This document shows, one piece after another, positions 1-12,555 of a stretch of DNA of 64,000 bases. The stretch comes from Eledone cirrhosa (Eukaryota). Positions within the stretch are counted from its first letter, which is position 1. Each line of letters begins with the position of its first letter. The notes below the pieces were generated by a model. The model saw nothing but the letters and a program-made list of their open reading frames with translations. It did not search any database and was not told where the DNA came from. The stretch is taken from NCBI GenBank assembly GCA_964016885.1, contig OZ024742.1, positions 2,666,001 to 2,730,000 of the forward strand, read 5' to 3'. A program made the position numbers and the translations under genes.

Positions 1-645
1 ATAAGCTGACCACTACAACAACAACAGTACCAAAATAATGGTGGAGGTCAAATGTACTGAACAATAGCAGGCAAAAACACTACAGGGAGACTCACCCCAG
101 AAAGAATTCTATAGACTTCTGACTGAGGAATGCTCTCAGAACTGAACAATGGGAAGTTTGACACATTTTTTGATATTTTGTTCCTTCAACACCTTGTCCC
201 TTCTACCATTTTATCAATTTTTAAGCTAACTCCAACAATAACAACACTTAGAATGAAGAATGTTCTAATAACTGACCAATGAGAGGAGAAGGGGACCTGT
301 GACACGAAAATTCGTTTGTTTGAATTCATATGACTCCAGTTCCCCAGTGAATTAACAACCCAACAAGGAACTGGGCATATCAGAGTATTGAGAATATCAT
401 ACACCTAAACAACATATGTACTTGTCTATACCATACTAATTCAAACTGCCTGAAGAGGTCACAGCCAAAGATGGCTGTCACTGAAATATATATAGCAGTA
501 ATAAACGAAGCTAAATTTTAATCATTTGACTTTTATTTAACTTTATTTTACACTACTCCGGAGTAACCAAACCAACCTGCGCACTTCGTCGAGTGCTCCA
601 GCCTGCATACTGAGGTGTTGGTATACAACCAACATAAACTCAAAA

Positions 646-647
<2 letters not shown>
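1..647 (+). mobile_element. 3' end/pLTR fragment of a Penelope-like element (left boundary unknown)
   Basis: Contains a hammerhead at 445-499 and ends directly in a (TA)n tract, as the other PLE ends in this window do. Confidence 0.55.
445..499 (+). ncRNA. type I hammerhead ribozyme
   Basis: Stem I ACTGC/GCAGT; core CTGAAGA 450-456; stem II GGTCACAGCC/GGCTGTCACT with one mismatch; GAAA 483-486; palindromic stem III ATATATAT; UA cleavage site. Confidence 0.8.
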
Positions 648-712
<65 letters not shown>

Positions 713-1202
713 GTATATAGAAAAGCTTCTACAGGAATAGAACTGTTTCATTCGTGAGAAATCATTGACTAAGAACCACACACAATTCATATAAATCACC
801 AGAAAAAACATGACAGCTGCGGCATATATGTATCCACTTGTATGTATATATATGTGTGTATGTGTATGTATGTGAATGTATGTGTATGTATATGAGTGTA
901 TGTATATGTATCCGTATGTATGTGTGTATATGTGTATGTATATATACATGTTTATACATGTATGTGTCTGTGTATGAATGTGCATGTGAGTATATGTATA
1001 CGCATGTATGTATGTGTGTGTATGTGTGTATGTGTATGTGTGTGTATGTGTGTATGTGAGTGTATGTATATATGTGTGTATATATGTGTATGTATTTGAG
1101 TGTATGTATATGTATGTATATGTATGTATGTGTGTATATATGTGTATGTGTGTATTTGAGTGTCTGTATGTATATGTGTATATATATATGTGTGTGTGTG
1201 TC
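648..1202. repeat. (TA)n and degenerate (TGTA)n/(TG)n microsatellites, with a decayed hammerhead-family fragment at ~720-765 (-)
   Basis: Simple repeats seen directly; 726-765 is the reverse complement of the 5947-5990 hammerhead with a degraded core. Confidence 0.85.
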
Positions 1203-1292
1203 TGTTTCTCTGACATTAACTGTCAATTCACGTAGAGAATTAACCACAGCCTCACACGTCTTCTCATCATTACCTCCTTTCTTTTGTAATAA

Positions 1293-1916
<624 letters not shown>

Positions 1917-1944
1917 CTAGAGTGCTCATGCACCGTTAAAAGAT

Positions 1945-2130
1945 AATTGTTTCTACGTTAGGCACAAGGCCAGCAATTACCCAGTGTATTACTGGTACTT
2001 TATTTTATCGACCCCGTAAGGATGAAAGGCAAAGTTAACCTCGGCGGGATTTGAACTCAGAATAGCAAGGGCCGTAACTCCATGCGTCAAAGCATGGCGT
2101 CCGACTCTCTACCAATACTGCTAATCCACC
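1945..2130 (-). mobile_element. tRNA-derived SINE
   Basis: Minus-strand B-box GTTCAAATCC followed by body CTTTGCCTTTCATCC...GATAAAATAAAGTACCAGT; homologous copies at 2991, 20579 and 22149. Confidence 0.8.
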
Positions 2131-2352
2131 AAGATAATGGAACATTTTAAGAAGCACCACAGGAAAAAAAGACAACAGCAACAATAACAACAAAAACAAC
2201 AACACCAACGACAACGACAACAACAACAACAATGAATACTATAATAACATTGAAGTAAAATCAAACAAAACAGAACATTAAAGTAATACATAGGAAAATA
2301 AATATAACATGCTCAGCCAATCAGAAAACAGTGTATATACACACACACATGC

Positions 2353-2430
<78 letters not shown>

Positions 2431-2432
<2 letters not shown>

Positions 2433-2755
2433 AAGGCGGGTAAAATTCCCGAGATCCATGGACGAGTTCTCTCCAGCGGTCTCTGTCCCTCATTATCGCT
2501 GCCATATCCTGCATCTCCAACAGACCAGTGTCTGTCCTTAGGGCATCAACATATGTTAACCTTGGTCTTCCTCTTCTAGTGTGTCCATGTCTAGTGTGAA
2601 CATTAATCAGTATACACTGAGGATGAAAAACTCAGAACTATATGGGAGCATCCCAAAAGTCAGCTCAAAAGTGACACAGAGGAGACTGAGGTTGGCTGGA
2701 CATGCTCACCGACATCCAGAGTTGACATTGCACTCAGTGCTCCTTTGGGAGCCCC

Positions 2756-2760
<5 letters not shown>
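2431..2760 (-). mobile_element. RTE-clade LINE 3' fragment with 5' inversion
   Basis: The + strand 2594-2760 encodes ...RRLRLAGHAHRHPE...LLWEPLH; the - strand 2593-2431 encodes the continuation [22 protein letters not shown]...[11 protein letters not shown]...stop, resembling an RTE ORF C-terminus; flanked by (TA)n. Confidence 0.75.
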
Positions 2761-2793
<33 letters not shown>

Positions 2794-2798
<5 letters not shown>

Positions 2799-2972
2799 CG
2801 AAGAGGGTGTGGTAAGGAACCAGATGGACCATAACGCACCAGAGTACTCAATACTTAGGGTAGTAGAGTGGGTAATAGGGAAAAGAGTCAGGACCTCGAC
2901 GGCTGATCCCAACTGTTCGGATCTAGCTGTCGAAACGGCCGGAGCTCAGCCGTCGGGGTCCTGACTCTTTTC
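2794..2972 (-). mobile_element. foldback mini-element (PLE pLTR 3' end plus inverted arm)
   Basis: Inverted arms ~2880-2906/2946-2972; homologous to 6883, 15941, 17985 and 24118; sits in (TA)n. Confidence 0.7.
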
Positions 2973-2990
2973 ATATATATATATACATTG

Positions 2991-3143
2991 CGGCCCTCTG
3001 CGTTCCAATCCCGCCGAGATTAATTTTGCCTGTCATCATCTTGGGGATCGTTAAATAACATACCAGTAAAGTACTGAGGTTGATTAAAACGTCTTTCTCT
3101 TCCCCCACAAATAGCTGATCTTGTACCTAACGTAGAGACCAAT
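2991..3143 (+). mobile_element. degenerate tRNA-derived SINE
   Basis: GTTCCAATCCCGCCGAG B-box-like motif and body similar to 1945-2130. Confidence 0.65.
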
Positions 3144-4571
3144 ATAATAACTTCATTAACATAGGAGTACCATTGCTACGATGGAGACAAATTAAACAAA
3201 GACATTGTAGAATCCCTTCAACGAGACTATTCTAATTCCTGTCGTATATTCAGGTTTTCAACAACCAATTGGCCGAATGTAATTGAAAGTTTGTCTTATT
3301 TCCAGCAATTTATAACGTCTGTTTTTACCTATTCTTTATTCATATTCATGAATCACGATTAGTTTCGCGACAAGGATAAAAAAATGGTGGAGCCTAGACG
3401 AAAGATTCTCTACTATTTAAAAGCGATAAAACACGTAGCAAACCGGACCTATCGACACATAATACTATTGTTCACAGTGTTAATAGGAACGCTTCTTGTA
3501 CACGTGACAAGAATGACTTTTACAGTATTTACACACCCACATAGACAGAGCATTCAATACAGGTCATTAATCCAATCTTTACGAACATAATGTAAATGAA
3601 AGCGTAAAATAACTAGCTACTCGTTGGAATTTTCTTCATCTTACCTAATTGTCACGTTTACATTTCCGATAGGAAGTGACCCGCCTCTTTGTAGACATTT
3701 CGACTTGTATATTGTTAATACTAAAGTACAGAATCTCTACTGATAGTAGTTACAAAATAACCAAACAATTTCTTAGATATTTAATGAATTAACACGAAAT
3801 GAAATTCTTAAGAAAAAATCAGTAGTCTTTTTAAATTTGATTTTCTCTGAGAAGGGAATATATTTCTGAATAAAACTAATCATTGTTTGAACCGAGGGAA
3901 AAGCCACTACAGGGGCTGTCGATTGGCTAAATATAGCAGCTAAATTGTAGATAGCAAACCATCTGAAACTGTCTTTGGTTCTATGATACGAAGCTGCCGT
4001 TTTTAAAGTGTTCCTTGTTATATTGAAACCTTCCATGATAATTTGTCGTTTATACAACCCTGATAATGAATAAGTTACATATTTTATTAAAGTAGCTCAA
4101 ATTGATATCATTTTCAAAATTCCTCTAAACACACAGACATATGATAAAAAATGGATTAAAGCATGCAGAACATTTTAAGGCGCTGAATGTCACATATTTG
4201 TTCGGTACCAAACATTGGTAATCATTGGTATTATTTTCTTCAATATACCTACTAAATTCAAATTATTACATGTGGACTTTGCTTTTCATATCTCTAGAGA
4301 CGATAATATAATATATATTCCACTAATAAAATAGTTGTTAATTCAAACAAACCTCTCTGTAGGTATGCCCTTTTACCAACATAAACCAAACATATCAATA
4401 CCAAAAAGGTTTGCTCATGAATATTGTTTATTTTCCTCTTCGAAATATTGCTATGTAGTATTAGATATTCAATAAATTTAATTATGTACTTGGTTGATTT
4501 TCGGCACATAATTTGAAGTCCATTCACTGAAATTGATTCAATTATTTCCCAAAATACAAGCAGATTTTTAT

Positions 4572-4616
<45 letters not shown>

Positions 4617-4620
<4 letters not shown>

Positions 4621-4968
4621 AAAAAGATGAAGTCGAAAATGCAACTCGAGTCTTATTTTTTTAAAAATATATATATTTATTTGGTTCCTTTACCGGTTTC
4701 GCAGTTCTGCTTTTCAAAAGTAGAGTTGAGATGGAGGGTCTGTGGTTTTTCTCACATCAGATGTGAGAAAAACCACAGACCCTCCATCTCAACTCTACTT
4801 TTGAAAAGCAGAACTGCGAAACCGGTAAAGGAACCAAATAAATATATATATTTTTTAAAAAATAAGACTCCAGTTGCATTTTCGATTTCATCTTTTTTTC
4901 TTTATACTTTCACTCGTGTAGAACACCTCGGTTATTTTTTATTTTGTTAAAAAAACCTCACTTTCTAA
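4617..4968 (+). mobile_element. palindromic foldback element carrying a hammerhead 3' half
   Basis: Near-perfect ~140-bp inverted arms centred on 4759 plus a ~65-bp unique tail; GAAACCGGTA at 4818-4827; flanked by (TA)n. Confidence 0.7.
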
Positions 4969-5046
4969 TATATATATATATATTTGTATATATGTATTTG
5001 TATATATGTATATATATATGTATTTATATATATATGTATATTAATA

Positions 5047-5091
<45 letters not shown>

Positions 5092-5346
5092 TCACACACA
5101 CACACACATATATATTTATATATGTGTGTGCGTATATATATATATACATATGTGTATATATATATATATATATAAATGTGTGAGTGTGTGTATGTATGTA
5201 TATATATATATACATAATACACACATATATACGTATATATATATATATACATAATACATATATATATATACATAATATATATATATACATAATACATACA
5301 TATATACATCCAAACATATATGCATACACACACTGCTATATATATG
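4969..5346. repeat. degenerate (TA)n/(CA)n microsatellite
   Basis: Simple repeat seen directly. Confidence 0.9.
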
Positions 5347-5844
5347 AACGATAGGAAACTACTTAGCAAATGAAATAAAAATAAAATCTAATAGATGTAG
5401 ATAATGAAAGATATGTTATATTTCACCAGCTTAAGGATATTTATACGGTTTACCGTTATTATTAAGAATTGCGTTATTAAATATTTATTATTATATACTG
5501 AAAGCTTGGCGGCTCTCCGGCTAAATGCAAATAGAAAATTTAAATAGAAAGAAAAATAGAGTAAAGATCTCATGAATAGAAAGTTATATACTTAAATATG
5601 AAAATATAACATTGCCATAATGAAATCTTATGAGTAAAATTATGTAACATATAAATCTTGAGAACAGATTAAAAAAAAATACCCAGCAATCTAATAGTTT
5701 GATATAATGTTAGTGACTAGAGAAGTAAATTATAAAACGAAATAGTCAAATAATATATATTAGCGTATTACCTTTTATGGACAGGTTATATAATAATTAT
5801 AATTTTCTTCATTAAATTGTAACAAAGTTATATTTATGCATCAC

Positions 5845-5992
<148 letters not shown>

Positions 5993-6058
5993 ATCTAAAT
6001 TAAAACTATATATATATAGTTTTGCGAGGTTTTTGATATGAAATCGTGTGTCGAAACA

Positions 6059-6828
6059 AATATTGTTATATTTGGGGAGAGTCATATTTGTGTAATAATA
6101 TTCCCAGAATTAATAACAGAACACACTCACTGTTTGGACGAAAAAACGGTTCAGTACTAAACAAACATGCCAGACAACAACACGACGGTAACATAGACAA
6201 CATAGAAATTAAAATAATATCTAAACATAGAAATAACCCAGCAGATAGGTAAATCAGAGAGGCCAGCGAAATAGAACTTAGAAGGCCAAGGCTAAACAGA
6301 AAAAGATGAATGGAATAACAACAACGCCCAAACAAACAATAATGACCTAAGAGAAGTATAAATAAAAAAAAAAAATTAATAAAAAATACATACACAAGCA
6401 CAATAACAACAAACACATATAAACACACTAGTAAACTAAGATAGAATACAATAACCAATACACAGTCACCCAAACACTATACACTCAAGCAAACGCTTGC
6501 GCAGAGAAGAAGCCAAAAATAAATAAATAAATAAATAAACAGACTAAATAAAGATGGCGTAGGAATACAATACAACAGGAGGAAACATAATAGCACCACT
6601 GACGATGTTGCAGATGTGCAACGAAAGAACTTTGTTAGACTATATATCTGTTTGTGTCTATATTATATCTGTATTTTTGACCGTTGGTCAGTCAATGGTA
6701 AATATTGAGGAACGAATAAATTAAATTAACCGATATAAAAGACACAGAAGCGAAAACCAACCAAACAGTGAGTGTGTTCTGTTATTAATTGGCAATATTA
6801 TTACACAAATATGACCCTCCCCAAGTAT

Positions 6829-6836
<8 letters not shown>
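6059..6836 (+). mobile_element. 5'-truncated Penelope-like element with terminal inversion
   Basis: 6059-6137 is an inverted copy of 6761-6836; decayed GIY-YIG-like C-terminus (SVLNKHARQQH...IEIKII...R*IREASEIELRRPRLN); hammerhead core in the 3' part. Confidence 0.7.
6591..6637 (+). ncRNA. hammerhead ribozyme (stems I/III partly decayed)
   Basis: CTGACGA 6599-6605, stem II GTTGCA/TGCAAC, GAAA 6623-6626. Confidence 0.6.
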
Positions 6837-6882
<46 letters not shown>

Positions 6883-6885
<3 letters not shown>

Positions 6886-6979
6886 AAAAGGTTCAGGACC
6901 TCGACGGCAGAGTTCAAGCCGTTTCGACAGATATTTCTGGTGCGTTATGGTCCCCCTGGTTCCTTACCACACTTTCTTC

Positions 6980-6983
<4 letters not shown>
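6883..6983 (+). mobile_element. short foldback-family PLE end fragment
   Basis: Inverted arm plus 3' tail homologous to 15941-16135, between (TA)n tracts. Confidence 0.6.
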
Positions 6984-7055
<72 letters not shown>

Positions 7056-7070
7056 ATATATATATATATA

Positions 7071-7626
7071 TACAATATTAAATAAATGGAAAACTATATT
7101 TATAAAACCATATTTATTTCATTATATATATTTCGGGGATATCATATTAACAATATGCTATGCCTTCATCAGACAAAATACAATATAAACAGTTTTATAG
7201 ACAAATAGGTTCGACATACCGTTATAACACCGACTTCATTTGAAGAGGTTTACTCTGGCTGTGAAAAAATTTTACACAGAGAGAAAGAAAAAGAGAGAAC
7301 ACAGAATGAAAGACAGAAAACGAAGAAAAGGAAGAAAAAGAAGAGAAAGAGGAAATGCATGGAACATAATAGAGAGATGGAAAGATAGATAAAGCGAAGA
7401 ACTTCATGTAAAGAAACAGAGAGAGATATATATATATCTATAGAGAGAGGAAATAGAGATAGATACATATATATATATATAGAAAATTAGGTAGTGGGAG
7501 GTCATTTTGAGTAAATGTATCAATGATACGTTTATTTATTTATTTATTTATTTAGCTCAAGTATTAATGTAAGGGAGATATATAGAGAGAGGAGAGGAAA
7601 AAATATAGAGAGAGGAAAAAATAGCG
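7071..7626 (-). repeat. inverted partial pseudo-LTR
   Basis: Reverse complement of 7870-8425; includes an antisense hammerhead copy at 7115-7180. Confidence 0.9.
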
Positions 7627-8514
7627 TGAACTTAGAGTTTGCAGAGTGAATCAGTTAGATTCGCATGGATGTTTGTAGCTGTCACATAAACATATGAATT
7701 TTTTTAAAACTAAACATAAGATAATTAATTTTCACACATTATAGATACTTGTCTCATTCAGGAATACTGATATTTACAATATAGTGTAAGTTTTATAAAT
7801 ATTAATACATTAAAACATAAGGTTTTTTACGCCTCGAATATATCTGGCTATTTTTAAATTTTTTTCTCTCGCTATTTTTTCCTCTCTCTATATTTTTTCC
7901 TCTCCTCTCTCTATATATCTCCCTTACATTAATACTTGAGCTAAATAAATAAATAAATAAATAAACGTATCATTGATACATTTACTCAAAATGACCTCCC
8001 ACTACCTAATTTTCTATATATATATATGTATCTATCTCTATTTCCTCTTTCTATAGATATATATATATATCTCTCTCTGTTTCTTTACATGAAGTTCTTC
8101 GCTTTATCTATCTTTCCATCTCTCTATTTTGTTCCATGCATTTCCTCTTTCTCTTCTTTTTCTTCCTTTTCTTCGTTTTCTGTCTTTCTTTCTGTGTTCT
8201 CTCTTTTTCTTTCTCTCTGTGTAAAATTTTTTCACAGCCAGAGTAAACCTCTTCAAATGAAGTCGGTGTTATAACGGTATGTCGAACCTATTTGTCTATA
8301 AAACTGTTTATATTGTATTTTGTCTGATGAAGGCATAGCATATTGTTAATATGATATCCCCGAAATATATATAATGAAATAAATATGGTTTTATAAATAT
8401 AGTTTTCCATTTATTTAATATTGTAAATATATTCCAAATATTTGTCGAGTGCTTTTATACCAGTTATAAATATTTACTAGTTGTAACCCAACAATTTTAA
8501 ATATAACTTTCCAT
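7625..8514 (+). repeat. 5' pseudo-LTR
   Basis: About 890-bp direct repeat of 11579-12472 with only scattered differences. Confidence 0.92.
8316..8381 (+). ncRNA. type I hammerhead ribozyme in 5' pLTR
   Basis: Stem I TATTTTGT/ATGAAATA with G-U pairs; CTGATGA 8324-8330; 14-bp imperfect stem II; GAAA 8362-8365; palindromic stem III ATATATAT. Confidence 0.75.
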
Positions 8515-8561
8515 GTATCTTGCTCCAATACTGTTGAGCGCTTTATATTATAACTGGAAAA

Positions 8562-10779
8562 ATGGAATTCTTTAAGATTACTTCCTCTCTAAAAGACATA
8601 CCTCTACCTAGAAACAAAGACTTTATAAAACAATTAATAGATAAATCTGACTCTTTTATAAGGAGAATCAGGTGGCGTGCATTCCACTTTGATAAATCTA
8701 ATACAGACGAAAATGTCTCGGACTTAAACAAAGTTTTCAAATCTAAAAGAAATCCACCCCCGAACAAACTTTTATCTGACTTTGAAAACGATATAATTTC
8801 TATCATACAAGGGGTCAAATTCAAGAGAAACTTTAAAGGCCAGGAATATCTGAAAGGCATTAAGGATAAAATTGAGAGCTTAGAGAAAACTGAGAAGATC
8901 TTGGTGAAATCTGACAAGACCAACAACCTCTATGGAGTGCGGAAAGACATGTATAATGGCCTCATACTGAAAGAGCTGAGGAAAAAGTACAAGGTAGCAG
9001 ATAAGGCCGAACTTGAGAAAATGAATGTCGAAGCATCTTGTATAATGCACGAGTTGGAAATTGAGAACAGAACACAACCTTTCGTGCCCAGGAAACCGAA
9101 GATCAATATGAAGGACCACAAGAGGAATTTTGAAAATGACCTGCCAGTTAGATTGATCGCACCTTCAAAATCGGACCTGGGCAAATTAAGCAAAAACATT
9201 CTTGACAGGGTGATACAGCAAATTAAGAACTTGGACTGTGTATCTAACCTGAGCTTGTGGAAGGGAACTGGAGAGGTTGTTGAGTGGTTTAGGCAAATTA
9301 AATATAACAATAATAATAGGTTTATTCAACTTGATATAGCTAACTATTATTCTTCTATTACCCCTAGTCTACTAAATAAGGCACTAAATTACGCATTCAA
9401 ACATACCGATCTAACTAGCAAAGAAATGCATATTATATTATCGGCTAGGAAAACTTTGATAGAATTTAATGACAAATTATGGACCAGAGCAGATAGAGAT
9501 AGCAATTTTGACATAACTATGGGATCTTCCGACTCAGCTCAGGTAACTGACCTTGTGGGCTTATTTTTAATCAATTCGCTACATAGGAAAATACCTGGTA
9601 CTACCGGAGGTTTATATAGGGATGACATGCTTTTACTTATTAATAATAATAACCCTGAACTAAATAGAAAATGTAAACAAATTACAACATTTTTTAATTA
9701 CTTTAACCTTAAAATAGAAATTGAGAACAACCATAGAATAGTCAATTTCCTAGATATAACATTAAATCTCAACACATGTCTCCACTATCCTTTTCACAAG
9801 TTGAATGAAAACTTGAACTATGTCAACTTTAACTCTAACCACCCCAGATCTGTCAAAAACACTATAGTAAACTCAGTTCAAAAACGTATCTCTAGGATCT
9901 CGTCGAATAGATTGATTTTCGACGAAAAGGCCCAATACTATAATGAAGCACTAGCTAGGGCAGGATATGCTGATAAGATTGTGTACATAGATAATGATAG
10001 ACAAACTAAACAAAGTAACAACTTTTTTAATTACGGCAACAACATTAACAACTATAATAGAAAGCATTACAATAATTCCAAAGGACAAAAAAGAAATAGA
10101 ACTAGGAACATAATTTGGTTTGCCCCCCCCCCCTTTCTCACTAAACGTTAAAACCCACATCGCTAAATTATTTTTCAAAGCTCTTGATAATCGCTTCCCT
10201 AGAACACATAGGTATCACTCAATTTTCAATAGGCATACAATTAAATTAACCTACTCATCCACCAAAAATTTAGCACAAAATATTAATAGAATAAATAATA
10301 GGAACTTAAAACCTACTGATAATAGCATAAATAATATACAAGTTAACAAATGTAACTGTAGGGATAGATCTAAATGTCCGTTAAATAACAACTGCTTAGT
10401 TAAAAATATAGTATACAATTGTAATGTTAATACTGACTCTAATTCTTTTAACTACGTCGGTTCCACATCGACGGAATTTAAACTTCGCTATAATAACCAC
10501 AAGAATTCTTTCACAGATCCAAATAAAAAATCTTCAACGGCACTATCAGGCGTACTCTGGCAACTTAAGCTAGATAACGTTAGATATTCGACGGCTTGGA
10601 ATATAGTCTCAAGAGGGATTCCTTTTAATTCATCCTCTGAGACATGTGACCTCTGCGCAGAGGAGATATTCTTTATACTAAAATCTAAAAATTCCCTTAA
10701 CCTACGGACAAATTTATTCAGTTGTTGCAAACATAGATTAAACTCAACGTTTAAATATAAATTTAAATTTAAAATGTAG
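8562..10779 (+). CDS. Penelope-like (Naiad-type) reverse transcriptase + GIY-YIG endonuclease; one frameshift in a C11 run at 10123-10133
   Basis: RT motifs QLDIANYYSSI, MGSSDSA, GLYRDD, NFLDITL, SNHP; linker WFAPP/FS; CNC-x5-C-x5-C; IVY...YVG, RYNNHK; C-terminal CDLC...CCKHR. Confidence 0.9.
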
Positions 10780-11578
10780 TATATTTGGTTTGATTTATAT
10801 TTATATGGGAAACTAGCCGATAAATTTTTGATTCCTAAATCTTTGATTCCTTCTTTTTGCTCTCTTTTTATTGTTTATTTTTATTTTATTTTTATCTAAA
10901 CATTCCTCATGAAAAATTAAGCTACCCTAAAAGCTGATGCTCCAAATTTTTGAATAAACCTTACACTAGATAAACTTCTATATTAAATATAAGAACATAT
11001 ATAGACCTAATTGGACATCATAATCTTTTTGAAATGATCTTTGCTAGATGTGATTTGATGGATAATTTTTGGCTTTGTCTTCTAAAGAACTTGGCAATAT
11101 ATTGTCAATTAACTTTGAAGGGTTGATCTTTGTGGTGTATTTTTATTTTTATTTTTATTTTTAGTTTTATTTTTATTTTTATTTTTATTATTGTAGTATT
11201 CTATAATATTTTCTATAATATTTTTTTTTTTATTTTTATTGTATTTTTAATATCTTTAATATGTAAATTTTTAATACGTCATATTTTTTTAATACGTAGT
11301 ATGCTTAATATATAATATTTTTATTATGTAATATTCTTTCGTAATATTTTTATTTTTTAATTTTTTTAGTGTTCTATTCTATATTTTTACTTATTTTTAC
11401 TTATTATTATTATTGTTATCTTTTTATTTTTAGTTTTGTTTATGATATATATTTTTATTAGTATATTGAAATCTGCTCTCTACTTCTGCTTGATAGATAA
11501 TCTGGTAGAGTAATTGACATGAATAATAATACACATATTTGTATGCTCAAATTTTTATACCACATTGAGAACGTTTTC

Positions 11579-12468
11579 CGTGAACTTAGAGTTTGCAGAG
11601 TGAATCAGTTAGATTCGCATGGATGTTTGTAGCTGTCACATAAACATATGAATTTTTTTAAAACTAAACATAAGATAATTAATTTTCACACATTATAGAT
11701 ACTTGTCTCATTCAGGAATACTGATATTTACAATATAGTGTAAGTTTTATAAATATTAATACATTAAAACATAAGGTTTTTTACGCCTCGAATATATCTG
11801 GCTATTTTTAAATTTTTTTCTCTCGCTATTTTTTCCTCTCTCTATATTTTTTCCTCTCCTCTCTCTATATATCTCCCTTACATTAATACTTGAGCTAAAT
11901 AAATAAATAAATAAATAAATAAACGTATCATTGATACATTTACTCAAAATAACCTCCCACTACCTAATTTTCTATATATATATATGTATCTATCTCTATT
12001 TCCTCTCTCTATTGATATATATATATATATCTCTCTGTTTCTTTACATGAAGTTCTTCGCTTTATCTATCTTTCCATCTCTCTATTTTGTTCCATGCATT
12101 TCCTCTTTCTCTTCTTTTTCTTCCTTTTCTTCGTTTTCTGTCTTTCCTTCTGTTTTCTCTCTTTTTCTTTCTCTCTGTGTAAAAATTTTTCACAGCCAGA
12201 GTAAACCTCTTCAAATGAAGTCGGTGTTATAACGGTATGTCGAACCTATTTGTCTATAAAACTGTTTATATTGTATTTTGTCTGATGAAGGCATAGCATA
12301 TTGTTAATATGATATCCCCGAAATATATATAATGAAATAAATATGGTTTTATAAATATAGTTTTCCATTTATTTAATATTGTAAATATACTCCAAATATT
12401 TGTCGAGTGCTTTTATACCAGTTATAAATATTTACTAGTTGTAACCCAACAATTTTAAATATAACTTT

Positions 12469-12472
<4 letters not shown>
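11579..12472 (+). repeat. 3' pseudo-LTR
   Basis: Direct repeat of 7625-8514 ending in (TA)n. Confidence 0.92.
12274..12339 (+). ncRNA. type I hammerhead ribozyme in 3' pLTR
   Basis: Same sequence as 8316-8381; CTGATGA 12282-12288, GAAA 12320-12323. Confidence 0.75.
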
Positions 12473-12543
<71 letters not shown>

Positions 12544-12555
12544 ACAGAGACAGAC

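Larger units (their letters stand above)
7071..12472 (+). mobile_element. near full-length Penelope-like retroelement, Naiad-type
   Basis: Inverted pLTR part 7071-7626, direct pLTRs 7625-8514 and 11579-12472, RT-GIY-YIG ORF between them, (TA)n on both flanks. Confidence 0.93.

Noticed and set aside
3773-4057. 94-aa minus-strand ORF in unique sequence
   Set aside because: No recognisable homology or convincing exon boundaries
8026-8274. 82-aa hydrophobic ORF repeated at 7222-7468 and 11984-12232
   Set aside because: Translation of CT-rich pLTR sequence; its recurrence reflects the repeat, and it is frameshifted in the inverted copy
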